Shown here piece by piece: positions 29,901 to 42,700 of a stretch of DNA of 64,000 bases (its first letter is position 1; every line of letters begins with the position of its first letter). Source of the stretch: Antedon mediterranea (lineage: Eukaryota; Animalia; Echinodermata); NCBI RefSeq assembly GCF_964355755.1, contig NC_092673.1:33229648-33293647 (forward strand), in the 5' to 3' direction. Below the pieces are notes generated by a model that saw only the letters and a list, made by a program, of their open reading frames with translations, made no database searches and was not told the DNA's origin. The position numbers were made by a program, and so were the translations under genes.

Positions 29901-31769
29901 GTTTAATTTCAAATGTACATAACAATTTATCCTTTACTATATATTTCAATATGAGCGGGTTCCCCCTATTAAAGTTTCCACTGTATTTGGTTTGATACAG
30001 AGTCTCTGTGTTTTTATTTCACTAAAATGTTTTTTTAAAGGATTTTCCTTAATACAAGGTTTCTCTACATGGGTTATGGGGTAATCTAATTCGAGTGTTT
30101 TTATTTGGTGAGACTTTAACAATAACATAAATCGTTTTAATATAATAAATAGATCCTTAAAAAGACATGCAAGCTACTGTACTGTACTGTTCAATCCTTT
30201 ACCTGCACTTTTACCGATGTTTTCTATAAAAATGAGGTAGTCCTCGCGTTTCACACGCGAGGCAATTATAGAGGACTTGTGATCAGTATTCTACATTGAT
30301 ATAAATTTACTATTTACGTGAACTGAGAAAGGCCTACCATTTAATGTTTATTCCAATGAACAGCGCTTTAAATCTACATTGATTTTTTTTTGTAATTGTT
30401 CACTTTCTTTCCAATCTCAGATAATGGGTTCAAATCATGCCATCATTTTATTATATTGCATAAAATAACATTATTGAAAGTTATTACAATCGGACTAGAA
30501 AACTTGTTCTAACTGAAGATAATTTTGTAAACAATTTTAATCATATCTCAGAAATTTGTCGCAGAAAATGGTAATCCAATAAAAAATGAAGAATTCAATT
30601 ATTGAAAGTGTAAATTTAAAAATAAGATTCCATTTCATCACTACAAGTGACTCGCGTCGCTTAGTTGGGCCTAAATGTGCATTTAGAAATAGACAACGCT
30701 GCTCATAAGAACAAACTCTAATTGTATTTAATGTGTAAAGTATCTTTGGTTGACCATTTTGAGTGAAATTAAAATCATTAGGCCTAACCAAAATAAAGTT
30801 TTTTTTCTAGGCCTATTCAAAAAGCATTTCTAGGCCACCTATCTCTACCATCTACTGTTGTAGTACTTAAAAAACAAGGATCAAATCAGGCACTTAACCG
30901 TGAACATTGCATCGTAGTAACAAGGCTCAACTCAAACCAATAGTTTAAATATGCCTCACTTAAAATGTGGATAAATACAAAAGAAACAAACATGAATAGA
31001 ATAAAATACTGTATTCCAATAATATAGATGATAAATAAAGTTTTGTATAGTTAAAACAATAAAAAATCGTTTATTTTTAGTTTATATATATTTTTTTGAA
31101 TTAAAATTAATGGCAAGTATTTCATGTTTATAAAGGTGCATACAGAAATTTTCTAATGATGCTATTATTCTACAATAGTTACAGACAATACAGTAGTTTT
31201 TGTATTAAGCCCCAAACAGTTATTTAACTAGCAAATATATTTATAAATATTGAACAAGTTAAAATGGGTCGATTATAGATAACCTATGTAAAATGTCATA
31301 AAAAATAAAGTAGGACATGCTTTGGAAAAAAGTTTCGTTCATATTCAAAACCTTAGATATATCATAAAATAAACACAGTTGTATTTACCACATAGCTCAA
31401 TATACAGTTATCGTATATACATTTCATTGGAAATGCAAGTGTGCGCAATGTAATAAATATCTGCAAAGTTATATAAGGTTCGTTAACAATTATTGCACAC
31501 AGTTTTTCAAACTCACTTTTACACACTCTCTTTTTGTACAAATTGGCAATTTGCCATCGGTTATAACATACTACACTACAATGCATTGTATCATTATCAA
31601 AGCTGATTTAGATTAAATAATTAAAGTCTAATAAGGTATTTAACATTGACATTATTATTATGTGTTGACATCTTCATATCTACATATTTAAAGACCTCGG
31701 CCCTTGTGGTAGGTCAGATATCGGAATATTCCAAAGATGCATGAATAATATACAGGGTAATAAAAAGTA

Positions 31770-32010
31770 CCTTGATTTCTAGGATATTTTCATATGCCTG
31801 GATTTCCAGGATAGTTTATTAAGACCTGGATATCCAGAGTAGTTCATTAAGTCCTAGATACCCAGGGTAGTAACAATAACCTGGATCAACAAGGTAATAT
31901 ATTATACCTAGATTCCCAGGTCAGGTAATAAGACCTGGAAACCCAGGGTAATTTATTAAGGGTATATATTATAAACCTGGATATACACGGTATTTTAATG
32001 ACCTAGATAC
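31770..32010. repeat. Degenerate ~27-30-bp tandem repeat with CCTGG...CCAGG mini-palindromes
   Basis: About 8 diverged units, probably within the Cav2 3' UTR. Confidence 0.7.
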
Positions 32011-33170
32011 ACAGATTGTTGCAACAAATATATATAAGAATAGCCAGAGGATTTGGAAAAATGTTTTTTTGGGTTGTAAAACATGGTTTATTATTATAGA
32101 TTGTGTGTAAGATCATGCTAACATTTATCCGCAAACAATATATCCAATCAGGTACAGTAACACCATAGGATTGGTCTGTTAAAATATTTTTGCATTATTT
32201 TTATTGTGCAATATATATATATAACAATAAGTTTACCCTGTTTATTTATTTGTTTTTAAATGTGCAATCCTTTTTTACCTCTTGTGGTGGATAATATAAG
32301 GTACATATACTCATCAATTATGTTGGCGAATTAATAAAATGTCTATCATTTTATATAATATATGTATATATGAATATTTAATAAATTAATTAAATAGATT
32401 ACGTTATCTAAATTGAATAGAGGAACTGTACAATGGTAATTGATCAATAAAATTGCACATTTGTCCAAAAATCGGCTGACAGCATTTAGCAGTGCCGGTT
32501 TAAAATTCACATCATTTTGACAATACAAGTCAGTTTTGAATATTATACAAAAATAAGAAAAATTATCTTTGCTACATGTTTCTCTCCTGCTAGTATTAAT
32601 AAGTATATGAAACCACTAACTGGATTTATAACACCTGTATGCTAAATATAAAATACAACCAGGTACATATTCTACAGTTAAATAAGAAAAAAATGGATTC
32701 TATGAACTATCCTATAAAATCTTTGCCGCTATTTCTCTATTTAAAAGTAAAAGTATTTTGTAACCGAGAATTATTAGCATTTATATCTTGGCTTTGAAAT
32801 ATTTAATTTATACTAAATATCTGCTCACTTCAGCAACATCAAAACTTTTTTTAATTAATATTTATAGTATTTTTGTGAATGATTATATATAAAAAACAAT
32901 GGAATGAACAATGCACGTATGGCAATACTATCGCATTGCTCTGGCAACCAACTACGATTACCCAGCATGCCAGTTCAAAAACATTTACATTAGAAGTGAT
33001 TATTCATAAACATATATATTTAATAGATTGTATAACCATACATTTTTGTTTTTACAATGCATTAGTAAATGCAATTTTTATACAATTTTTTTTTAATTTG
33101 ATAACATTAATAATAATAATACATGGATTTACAATATTAAAACCATTTGCAGCAGAATGTGCCTCCTCTA

Positions 33171-33739
33171 CTATGTCCATTCCTCTTCATCATCCGAGTA
33201 ACCAGCTATATGCATACATTCGTTATTTGTGTGTATTCTACCATGTCCCCTTGATACACCTTGCAGTGCCTTGTGTGGACTTTGCGTCTGCATCCCATGA
33301 CCCCGTCCTCTAGACGAAACACCTGGTCGATGGCCGTTGGGTAGTAAAGGATCCGTGTCATCTCTGATAGAAAGATGCGGCGACAATGCTGGGTCTGCTA
33401 CACCGTAAGGTCTCCTTTCGGTAACTGGTAGTGAATCAAGTGTTTTAGTTGAAGAGTGGTATGGATGTGTCTGAGGCTTTAGCATCTCACTGGAATGGTA
33501 CATATAACCACTGTTATTTACATGTTGAGGTACCTGAGGGAGTCTGCGACCAGTGCCTCTTTGTACTGTTCCTTCCATACCACTGCTTGCCAGACGATCC
33601 TGGCTATAACTCCGTCTACTTTTGGCACCCTTTTCATCATATGAGCCATTAGCTCGGTTATCATAGGGAACTCTCTTAACCGGATTATCTTGGTCCAAAA
33701 GACGGTCTGTTATGTGCTGACCTTTGACTCGCCCGCGGT
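33171..33739 (-). CDS. Cav2 terminal coding exon
   Basis: TAG acceptor, phase 1; DRGRVKGQ...RRLPQVPQ...GYSDDEEEWT*. The RxLPxxP SH3 ligand and acidic-Trp terminus are typical of Cav2. Confidence 0.88.
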
Positions 33740-36700
33740 CTACATAATCACAAAAATAAACCAAAATAAATTTAAAATTGTACAAAACTGATTGAGTCCA
33801 TTGACCAAATCAGTCAGTATTTTAAAAATTCAATTTCAACATAATTATAACATGAAAACTAAAGAACAAAGTTGGATGATTAATAACTACTTCAACTTGT
33901 CTTAGCTGAACAATTGTATTTTTTTTTTCATGCTTGTATCAATCGAAAACTGTAAATCTATAAAAATTCATTGATGAAATTGCGTATTTTACATGTTGAA
34001 AAAATGACCAATAAGAATTGATCAGATTTGAATTGATCACATGTTATCAAACATGATAATCAAATGCTATACACTGATGATCACATGCTTTTAGTATATG
34101 TTCACATGTTAGTTGTATGATAAACACATGATTACTGCATGCCAGGAATTGACAGACAAACATAGGAATTTAAAGCATACAAAAGCATATTTTTTGTTAA
34201 TCTGCATCATGAGCCTGTATCCCATAAAAATACACTAACAAACACTTTCTAAAAGTGTCCTATAATATCTTCTAAAAATACAAAATTTCAAACAGTGTTG
34301 CAAAGTGTTGTGAAGCGACTAAAATGTTAACTTTTCTACGTAAAAACAATGAGGACAGTTTGGTTTTCATTATTTTTGGTTAATAATTCAATCAGTTATT
34401 TCATAATTCTAAATATCAAATTTTGAAATAAATGCTTGAATTGAGAAACATACAAGGTAATACACAAATTAAAATAGACAGTTAAACCAAGATTAACAGA
34501 AAGGAGAAAGAAAGAACGCAAATCAAGAGATAACTTCACAAAGAGGAAAGTAATCACTTTAACACATTCTAGTCCTAATGATTAGTATAAAACAAACAAT
34601 ATGATATGAATTATTTTTTTATTTTGCTTTAGTTTGTTGCCTTTATGATGAATTTATTTGTTTTAAATTTATTTTGAATTCAACTTTTAAGATAATTATC
34701 ATTAAAATGTATTTTAATTTTTTATATTGTATATTATCTTATCTTGTATTATTGAAATTACTTATTAAAGTTCAAATGAAATATTTTAAATATAGATTTC
34801 AAAGCTTTTTATACTAATACTTTTATACTAATTTTCTGTCGAAGGAAAACATTTCTTCACAAATATTTTATCATGGAACGAATAAAATGTCATTTAATTT
34901 ATTCAAGCATTGTCTGCTTTATCATCAATTTGAATCAATCAATAGAACCTCTAATAAAGGGACACCTTCGGGACCTAAGGTGTTAGTCTTAATAGGGTTG
35001 TCCAAAAGGAGGTTTTTATTATTGCTATTAATATGAATGTCACCATTATTATCAATTTTATTATACCATTATGGTATCATATTTAAATTGTTATTTTTGG
35101 TTATATTATCTCAAAATTCAACCAACAGTGTTGTTGCATCTAACTCTAGAAAAAAAAAGTGAGGCACTTCAAACAAATTGTGAAGAAAGGAAGGATAAAG
35201 AAATAAAAGAACTGAAAAGGCATGATACCGATAGGTTAGTAAGATAGAGGAGGCTGGTTGAAAAAAGCATCATAGGCATCATAAGAATAATAGTTAGAGT
35301 CATCATATGAATCATCTTCATTAAAACTTGTTTCATCTTCTTCCCTTAGCTGAGTAAGAAATTAGGAAAAGAGTGTAGAACATAATGAAATGAAAAGAAG
35401 GAATTTAGTAAATGAGGAGATGGAATGAATGGAATAGAGAACATAAAATAGAAAGAAGACCTACAAGAAAGAAATACAGTACAGAAAGATAAAAGAAAGG
35501 AATACAGTACAGACAAATAAAAGAAAGGAATACAGTACAGAAAGATAAAAGAAAGGAATACAGTACAGAAAGATAAAAGAAAGGAATACAGTACAGAAAG
35601 ATAAAAGAAAGGAATACAGTACAGAAAGATAAAAGAAAGGAATACAGTACAGAAAGATAAAAGAAAGGAATACAGTACAGACAGATAAAAGAAAGGAATA
35701 CAGTACAGACAGATAAAAGAAAGGAATACAGTACAGAAAGATAAAAGAAAGGAATACAGTACAGAAAGATAAAAGAAAGGAATACAGTACAGAAAGATAA
35801 AAGAAAGGAATACAGTACAGAAAGATAAAAGAAAGGAATACAGTACAGACAGATAAAAGAAAGGAATACAGTACAGAAAGATAAAAGAAAGGAATACAGT
35901 ACAGAAAGATAAAAGAAAGGAATACAGTACAGAAAGATAAGGGCCACAATGGAAATTAAGGGCCACAATGGAAATAAGTTTGACCTTTGGTTACTTTTTT
36001 GTGTTACCCTGAATTCATTCTTTGTATTTTTTTTATGTTGTGTTATTTATGAATTCGAATAAAGAAATGAAAAAAAAAAAAAAATAAATAAAAGAAAGGA
36101 ATACAGTACAGAAAGATAAAAGAAAGGAATACAGTACAGAAAGATAAAAGAAAGGAATACAGTACAGAAAGATAAAAGAAAGGAATACAGTACAGAAAGA
36201 TAAAAGAAAGGAATACAGTACAGAAAGATAAAAGAAAGGAATACAGTACAGAAAGATAAAAGAAAGGAATAAAGTACAGAAAGATAAAAGAAAGGAATAC
36301 AGTACAGAAAGATAAAAGAAAGGAATACAGTACAGAAAGATAAAAGAAAGGAATACAGTACAGAAAGATAAAAGAAAGGAATACAGTACAGAAAGATAAA
36401 AGAAAGGAATACAGTACAGAAAGATAAAAGAAAGGAATACAGTACAGAAAGATAAAAGAAAGGAATACAGTACAGACAAATAAAAGAAAGGAATACAGTA
36501 CAGAAAGATAAAAGAAAGGAATACAGTACAGAAAGATAAAAGAAAGGAATACAGTACAGAAAGATAAAAGAAAGGAATACAGTACAGAAAGATAAAAGAA
36601 AGGAATACAGTACAGAAAGATAAAAGAAAGGAATACAGTACAGACAGATAAAAGAAAGGAATACAGTACAGAAAGATAAAAGAAAGGAATACAGTACAGA

Positions 36701-39700
36701 AAGATAAAAGAAAGGAATACAGTACAGACAAATAAAAGAAAGGAATACAGTACAGAAAGATAAAAGAAAGGAATACAGTACAGAAAGATAAAAGAAAGGA
36801 ATACAGTACAGAAAGATAAAAGAAAGGAATACAGTACAGAAAGATAAAAGAAAGGAATACAGTACAGAAAGATAAAAGAAAGGAATACAGTACAGAAAGA
36901 TAAAAGAAAGGAATACAGTACAGAAAGATAAAAGAAAGGAATACAGTACAGAAAGATAAAAGAAAGGAATACAGTACAGACAAATAAAAGAAAGGAATAC
37001 AGTACAGAAAGATAAAAGAAAGGAATACAGTACAGAAAGATAAAAGAAAGGAATACAGTACAGAAAGATAAAAGAAAGGAATACAGTACAGAAAGATAAA
37101 AGAAAGGAATACAGTACAGAAAGAAAAAAGAAAGGAATACAGTACAGAAAGATAAAAGAAAGGAATACAGTACAGAAAGATAAAAGAAAGGAATACAGTA
37201 CAGAAAGATAAAAGAAAGGAATACAGTACAGAAAGATAAAAGAAAGGAATACAGTACAGAAAGATAAAAGAAAGGAATACAGTACAGAAAGATAAAAGAA
37301 AGGAATACAGTACAGAAAGATAAAAGAAAGGAATACAGTACAGAAAGATAAAAGAAAGGAATACAGTACAGAAAGATAAAAGAAAGGAATACAGTACAGA
37401 CAGATAAAAGAAAGGAATACAGTACAGAAAGATAAAAGAAAGGAATACAGTACAGAAAGATAAAAGAAAGGAATACAGTACAGAAAGATAAAAGAAAGGA
37501 ATACAGTACAGAAAGATAAAAGAAAGGAATACAGTACAGAAAGATAAAAGAAAGGAATACAGTACAGAAAGATAAAAGAAAGGAATACAGTACAGACAAA
37601 TAAAAGAAAGGAATACAGTACAGACAAATAAAATATTAAAAAAATACATTACACATAAAAGAGATAATGAACAAAAACATATTAATATATTCAACTCTTT
37701 CAATTCTCTGGTTTTCCAGAAAGTAGTTTTTTCAAAATAGATTCTGGTTTTTAGAAAAATATACAGTACATAAAAGAAAAATAAAACGAAAAACAAATAT
37801 GGGTGAAAACAATGAACGAGTTGATGAGAATATGCTGTAACTAATGCATCCAACATATATATAACAAAACAAATGAATGCTTAAATATGATAGTACCTGA
37901 AAAGTAGATTATAAGGTTTAGGATATAAACATTATACATTACAGAAAAATGATAATAAGGAAGAAATGGATACAAAATAAGTCATGAAAAGATAAAGACA
38001 ACTAAAGTTAAAGACAAAATAGTAAACAAAAGAATCGGAAAATTGTAGAATTCTAAATTTTCAACAAGATTTCACAAAAAAAAAAAAAAATACAGATACT
38101 GATACATTATGAACAGACAGACAGACATTGTGCAAAACCAAATGATAACCAAATGAAAGTAAAAGTTATTACAAAAGAAAAGATAGGACAAGCAACCAAA
38201 TATATAATTTCATATTTTGGAATATGATAGAACTAATAAATTTCTAAATTCAACTATAGACAACTGTCTACTGTACAGCATTCCAGAAAATATTACAATA
38301 TACATTTAGGTTATAAACTATAGGTAAATTACCATGGAAACATAATTAAATACAGTATAAATTTTCATTAAGATTTTGTTCTTATATTTTTGATGATGAA
38401 ATTTTAATTTGGGAGTTTAGCAACAATAAATGTAACACATTAACTACAAATTTTCCATAATAATTTAACAATTTTAATTGTAAATAAAAAAGTTCCAGCA
38501 TTCATTCATTTGCAAACTTTACAGTTCATATCAAGGATCCATTCATTGCAGACCGAGAAATTCACTGATACGTTTAAATTTGGAATTAGCATTAAATATT
38601 ATTACTGTATTTTTATTCAGCATTGAAGAGAAATCTAGGAATTTTCTCAAGAGAATTGCGTCAACAAAATTTCACAGAGTGTAAACCCGCGGGACGTATT
38701 TGTTATGTACATTTGTCAACCTTTATGATATATTTTTCACCTTCCATGTGTACCAATTTTTTGGACAAGTAATTTTAAAAATATGTATCGGTTGAACTTC
38801 TAACAAAATTCACTTGAAACGTATCAAATGATACAGGTATACAGTAGAATCTCTATTAAGGAGACAACAGCAGGACCCGACAAATTGACCCCTTAAAAGG
38901 GCTGTAATCAAAATAGGGGTTGCCAATTGTTCGTTTCACCAAGAATCGTTGCTTGTGTTCCAAAAGAGGGGTTCTACTGCAAAATATATTGAAGTTGCGC
39001 AGAGATCTGAAAGAAGATCTGAAAGCTAAAATGGGAGAGAGGAAAGTTTTGAAAAATCTAAGTAGGAAGTTCTACAGGAAAAGTGTGGAAACTATGATTT
39101 CAGACAAGAGCAGAGCTATCTACAAAGAATGATTTATCATAATCATAAATAATAATCAATGTTATCATAATCATACAAATGACAATGGGATGACATAATG
39201 CAATGTGATTGAATGAGATTACTGCTGTGGTTGCTGAGCAAACAGTTAGCAAATTAGAAATAGCTGATAAGTAAATAAAAATAAAATACAACAAAAGTAT
39301 GTTAGTGATAAACAAAACTAAACATCCATTGGTCAGAGTGTAGACCAATCAGGATGGGTGTAACATAAACATGATTAGAAAAAATGTTTAAAAGGAGATT
39401 GATTGTTACCTGAGACATGAGATTGGGGAGGGGACATACCATCCCCATAAGTATGCCTCTCTTGTCTAACTGCAGCCTTCACAAATCAATATGGTAAATT
39501 AGAAAAAAAAGAAAAATGCAAAGAAAGGACACAAAATACATGCATATCAAAAAACAAGCGATTAAACTAGACAAAGTCTTGTTTTAAAAGTGATTTATGA
39601 AAAATTACTATTCTAGGGAGTTAAAGTTAAAATGTCAACTAGAATGTTGGAATATAAACATTAAAAACATGTTTAAAATTATTATTTTAAGGACTTTTAA

Positions 39701-42700
39701 CAAGCAAACTATTGTGGGATAATTATCACCATTCCATGCTTTCATGGTTAAGAACCTAATATTTGTTTTTTGTCAAATGGGTACTTTAAACAGAGTTTCC
39801 AATGCATATTCATTTCACTGAATAAATAATTATTCAATTCAAAAATGAGTTTGTGATGAATACATAAACATGTGGAACCTGAATTTGAAAGAAGTCATTA
39901 AGAAGAAATTAATTAAATCTCAAAAGCTCCAGTGAGGATTTTGCCATTTCAGTGAAGGGGAGAAAATTTGTTGAAAATAAATTTGTAGAGAATAAAACAA
40001 AATGGTTGGCCATGCAAACGTGCCCTGTTTTGAGAATTTTATACCTTTTGTGGTTGTTATTTTTAAATCAAATCAAACACATTATCAAAATTTCATGCAT
40101 TGTAAACAATGGTGACAGATATAAAGCATGCAGTATCGTCTAAAATCTTAAGTACCCGGCGTTTCAGATTTCATCTACTACGGTATACTCCTAACTATAC
40201 TTTGCTGAAAACGCATCCTACCAAATACAGGGATCGACTAGTCATTTAAAACGGCTAAATCGGCTATGACTAAAATTCTACCATTAGCAGTGGAAGTTAA
40301 AATACAAGGGCACATTTAAATTGATTGATATATATCAATCTGATACAAAGGAGAGGTAAACTACCACATGTATGTAGGTATAATTACTACTTCTGCAGTA
40401 TAACATTGAAATTGCAATACAAGTATAACAACAATCACCTCTTCTCTTAAGTTCGTTGACCCAGGTCTGCGTTTGCGATTGAACGAGTCCTCCAATCTAC
40501 TCTCGGAATTGTCTCGCTTCTGAGAAGTCGGATCCAAGGTTTTACGACTGTCCCTCGATGCTCTTGTATCAGTACCATCCCTATCCGTTGTCCTATCTAT
40601 GTTGTTATTGTAAGATCTATCGTACGACGACATGGCAAGGTCCCTTCTTTGGTTATTGTTATTTTGATGGTCTACGAGTCTGTTATTGTCTAAATTATTT
40701 TGATTAGTTGATCGCGGTTGCCTATTGTTTAATATACTGTTGCCTGGACTACGACCATCCCAAAACCTATCGTTTGTTGTTTTACTATTGTGGGTTTGGT
40801 CAGATTCCCTTGGAAGACTATTTTGAGATTTTGATTGTACGTCGAATTGACTACTACTAGGACTTATCGCGGCAATTGAATGTCGTTCCCGAGATTCATT
40901 GCGAGGGAAATTTAAGTTAGAATCTAATCCACTAGTGGGTGAATTTGAGAAGGAACGACGGTGATGAAAATCTGGCATATCTACTCCAAGCTGCTTAATA
41001 TTTTTACTACCCGGTCTGGGATCCATTAACCTATTATCACGTTCATTTGGATGTGGCCAGCTAGATTTTCTAGTATCATTTTTAGGGCCTGGAATATTAA
41101 AAGGCCTGTGTTCTCGGGGGGAGGACTGATAACCAGGATGTGGTGATCTACCACGGTGCGATAAACTCATACTCGATCTGGACATTCTATCGTCTTCATT
41201 TGATCTCGAACGTCTTTGATGCCTTCCCATGCTTTCATCTATAGGATCTTTTAAATCATCGAAAAAACTACGATCATTTCTAGCCTCTTCATTAATGGAA
41301 TTTCTACGCGATCTATTCGTCGGCGTGTACTGATCGATCGGGCGCATATGGGGGTCACTAAGGTTGTTACGAATAACAGGTCGTCTATCGGAATAATTTG
41401 CATAATCTTCAAGACCTTCGAGTTGGTCAAACGGTGAATATCTATCTCTGCTAACATCCCGTCCCCTTCCTTTGCCTAATCCTCGAGTTTGATCATGCAT
41501 AGCACGCTCAATACCCCTATCTCTATCTAACGGATAATAGTCTACATCTTGAGAAGGCCTAGCTCTAGTATGGTTGGAAGCGTAAAAATCTGCATGCTTG
41601 TCCCACGGTTGCTTTTAAATAAAAATTGAAAAAAAAAATGAAAGGTCAAACACATCAAGCAAAAATCATAAGCTTGCCATAGAAAAAAACATTGTCAGGC
41701 TTTCATAATTACAATCAAATATGAATGTTATTACTTAAAATTATGAAACAAATGACAAAGTTTTAATGAACAAACTTATTGTGGTATATTTATTTGTGTG
41801 CATGAAAATGAAATAGTAATTTAGTGATGGGTTAAGCACTGTGATTTAAACCAACATGCAGAAATCTGGGATTATAAAGTGCAAAACATTGAACAACCCT
41901 ATCTGTACATCACTCTGGGATAAACAAACGATACAACATAAATTATACATATCCCAGAGTGTTGTAAGGATTGAACTACTATACAATTAGTTCTAAGAGC
42001 ATCAAAGCCCTTCTCTATAACATGGGTCAAGGGTCGACAGGTGCAGTGAATTTAGGAACAAGTAAAAAATAAAAACAACTAATATTTAAATCAGGCCAAA
42101 GGGTTGTGAATAGGCAATGCACCACAAGGCCACACATTCTGTGGTGGTTTCTACACATGACACACACAATATACAGGTGTGATTCACATGTAGTACACCT
42201 GTGCATGTAGTGCAAAAGCAGCAGCGCATTCTGCCGGTGCACCTTTGTATAACATACATTTACAGTGGCAAATGTGATCACATGTCATCTGCATGTATGG
42301 CACATGTGATCAAATGTCATCTGCATGTATGGCACATGTGATCACATGTCATCTGCATGTATGGCACATGTGATCACATGTCATCTGCATGTATGGTACA
42401 TGTGATCACATGTCATCTGCATGTATGGCACATGTGATCAAATGTCATCTGCATGTATGGCACATGTAAATCAATATATTAGCATAAATTATCTTTTGGG
42501 GAGACATCTGAAGGCAAATTACATGATGCACGTTATTAATAATGAATTAGGTATATTCATGTGATTGGATGCTAATATCTATATATATATAAATATCATA
42601 TAATGTATTTTCATTGATAAATAATGCATCATTCCATGTTGTTTAAAAAATTACTCAATAAACAAGTATTTGTTAATTACAAAACAGAAACAACAAACAA

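Noticed and set aside
35346-37856. 162-607 aa hydrophobic ORFs resembling membrane proteins
   Set aside because: A 28-bp repeat with no stop codon on the minus strand keeps all three frames open.
40156-40217. Exon-like segment after the large Cav2 exon
   Set aside because: The better acceptors give stops in phase 0; only a weak 19-nt option remains.
42272-42467. TGCATG array as an Rbfox cluster
   Set aside because: The motif is on the plus strand; the Cav2 pre-mRNA (minus) reads CAUGCA.
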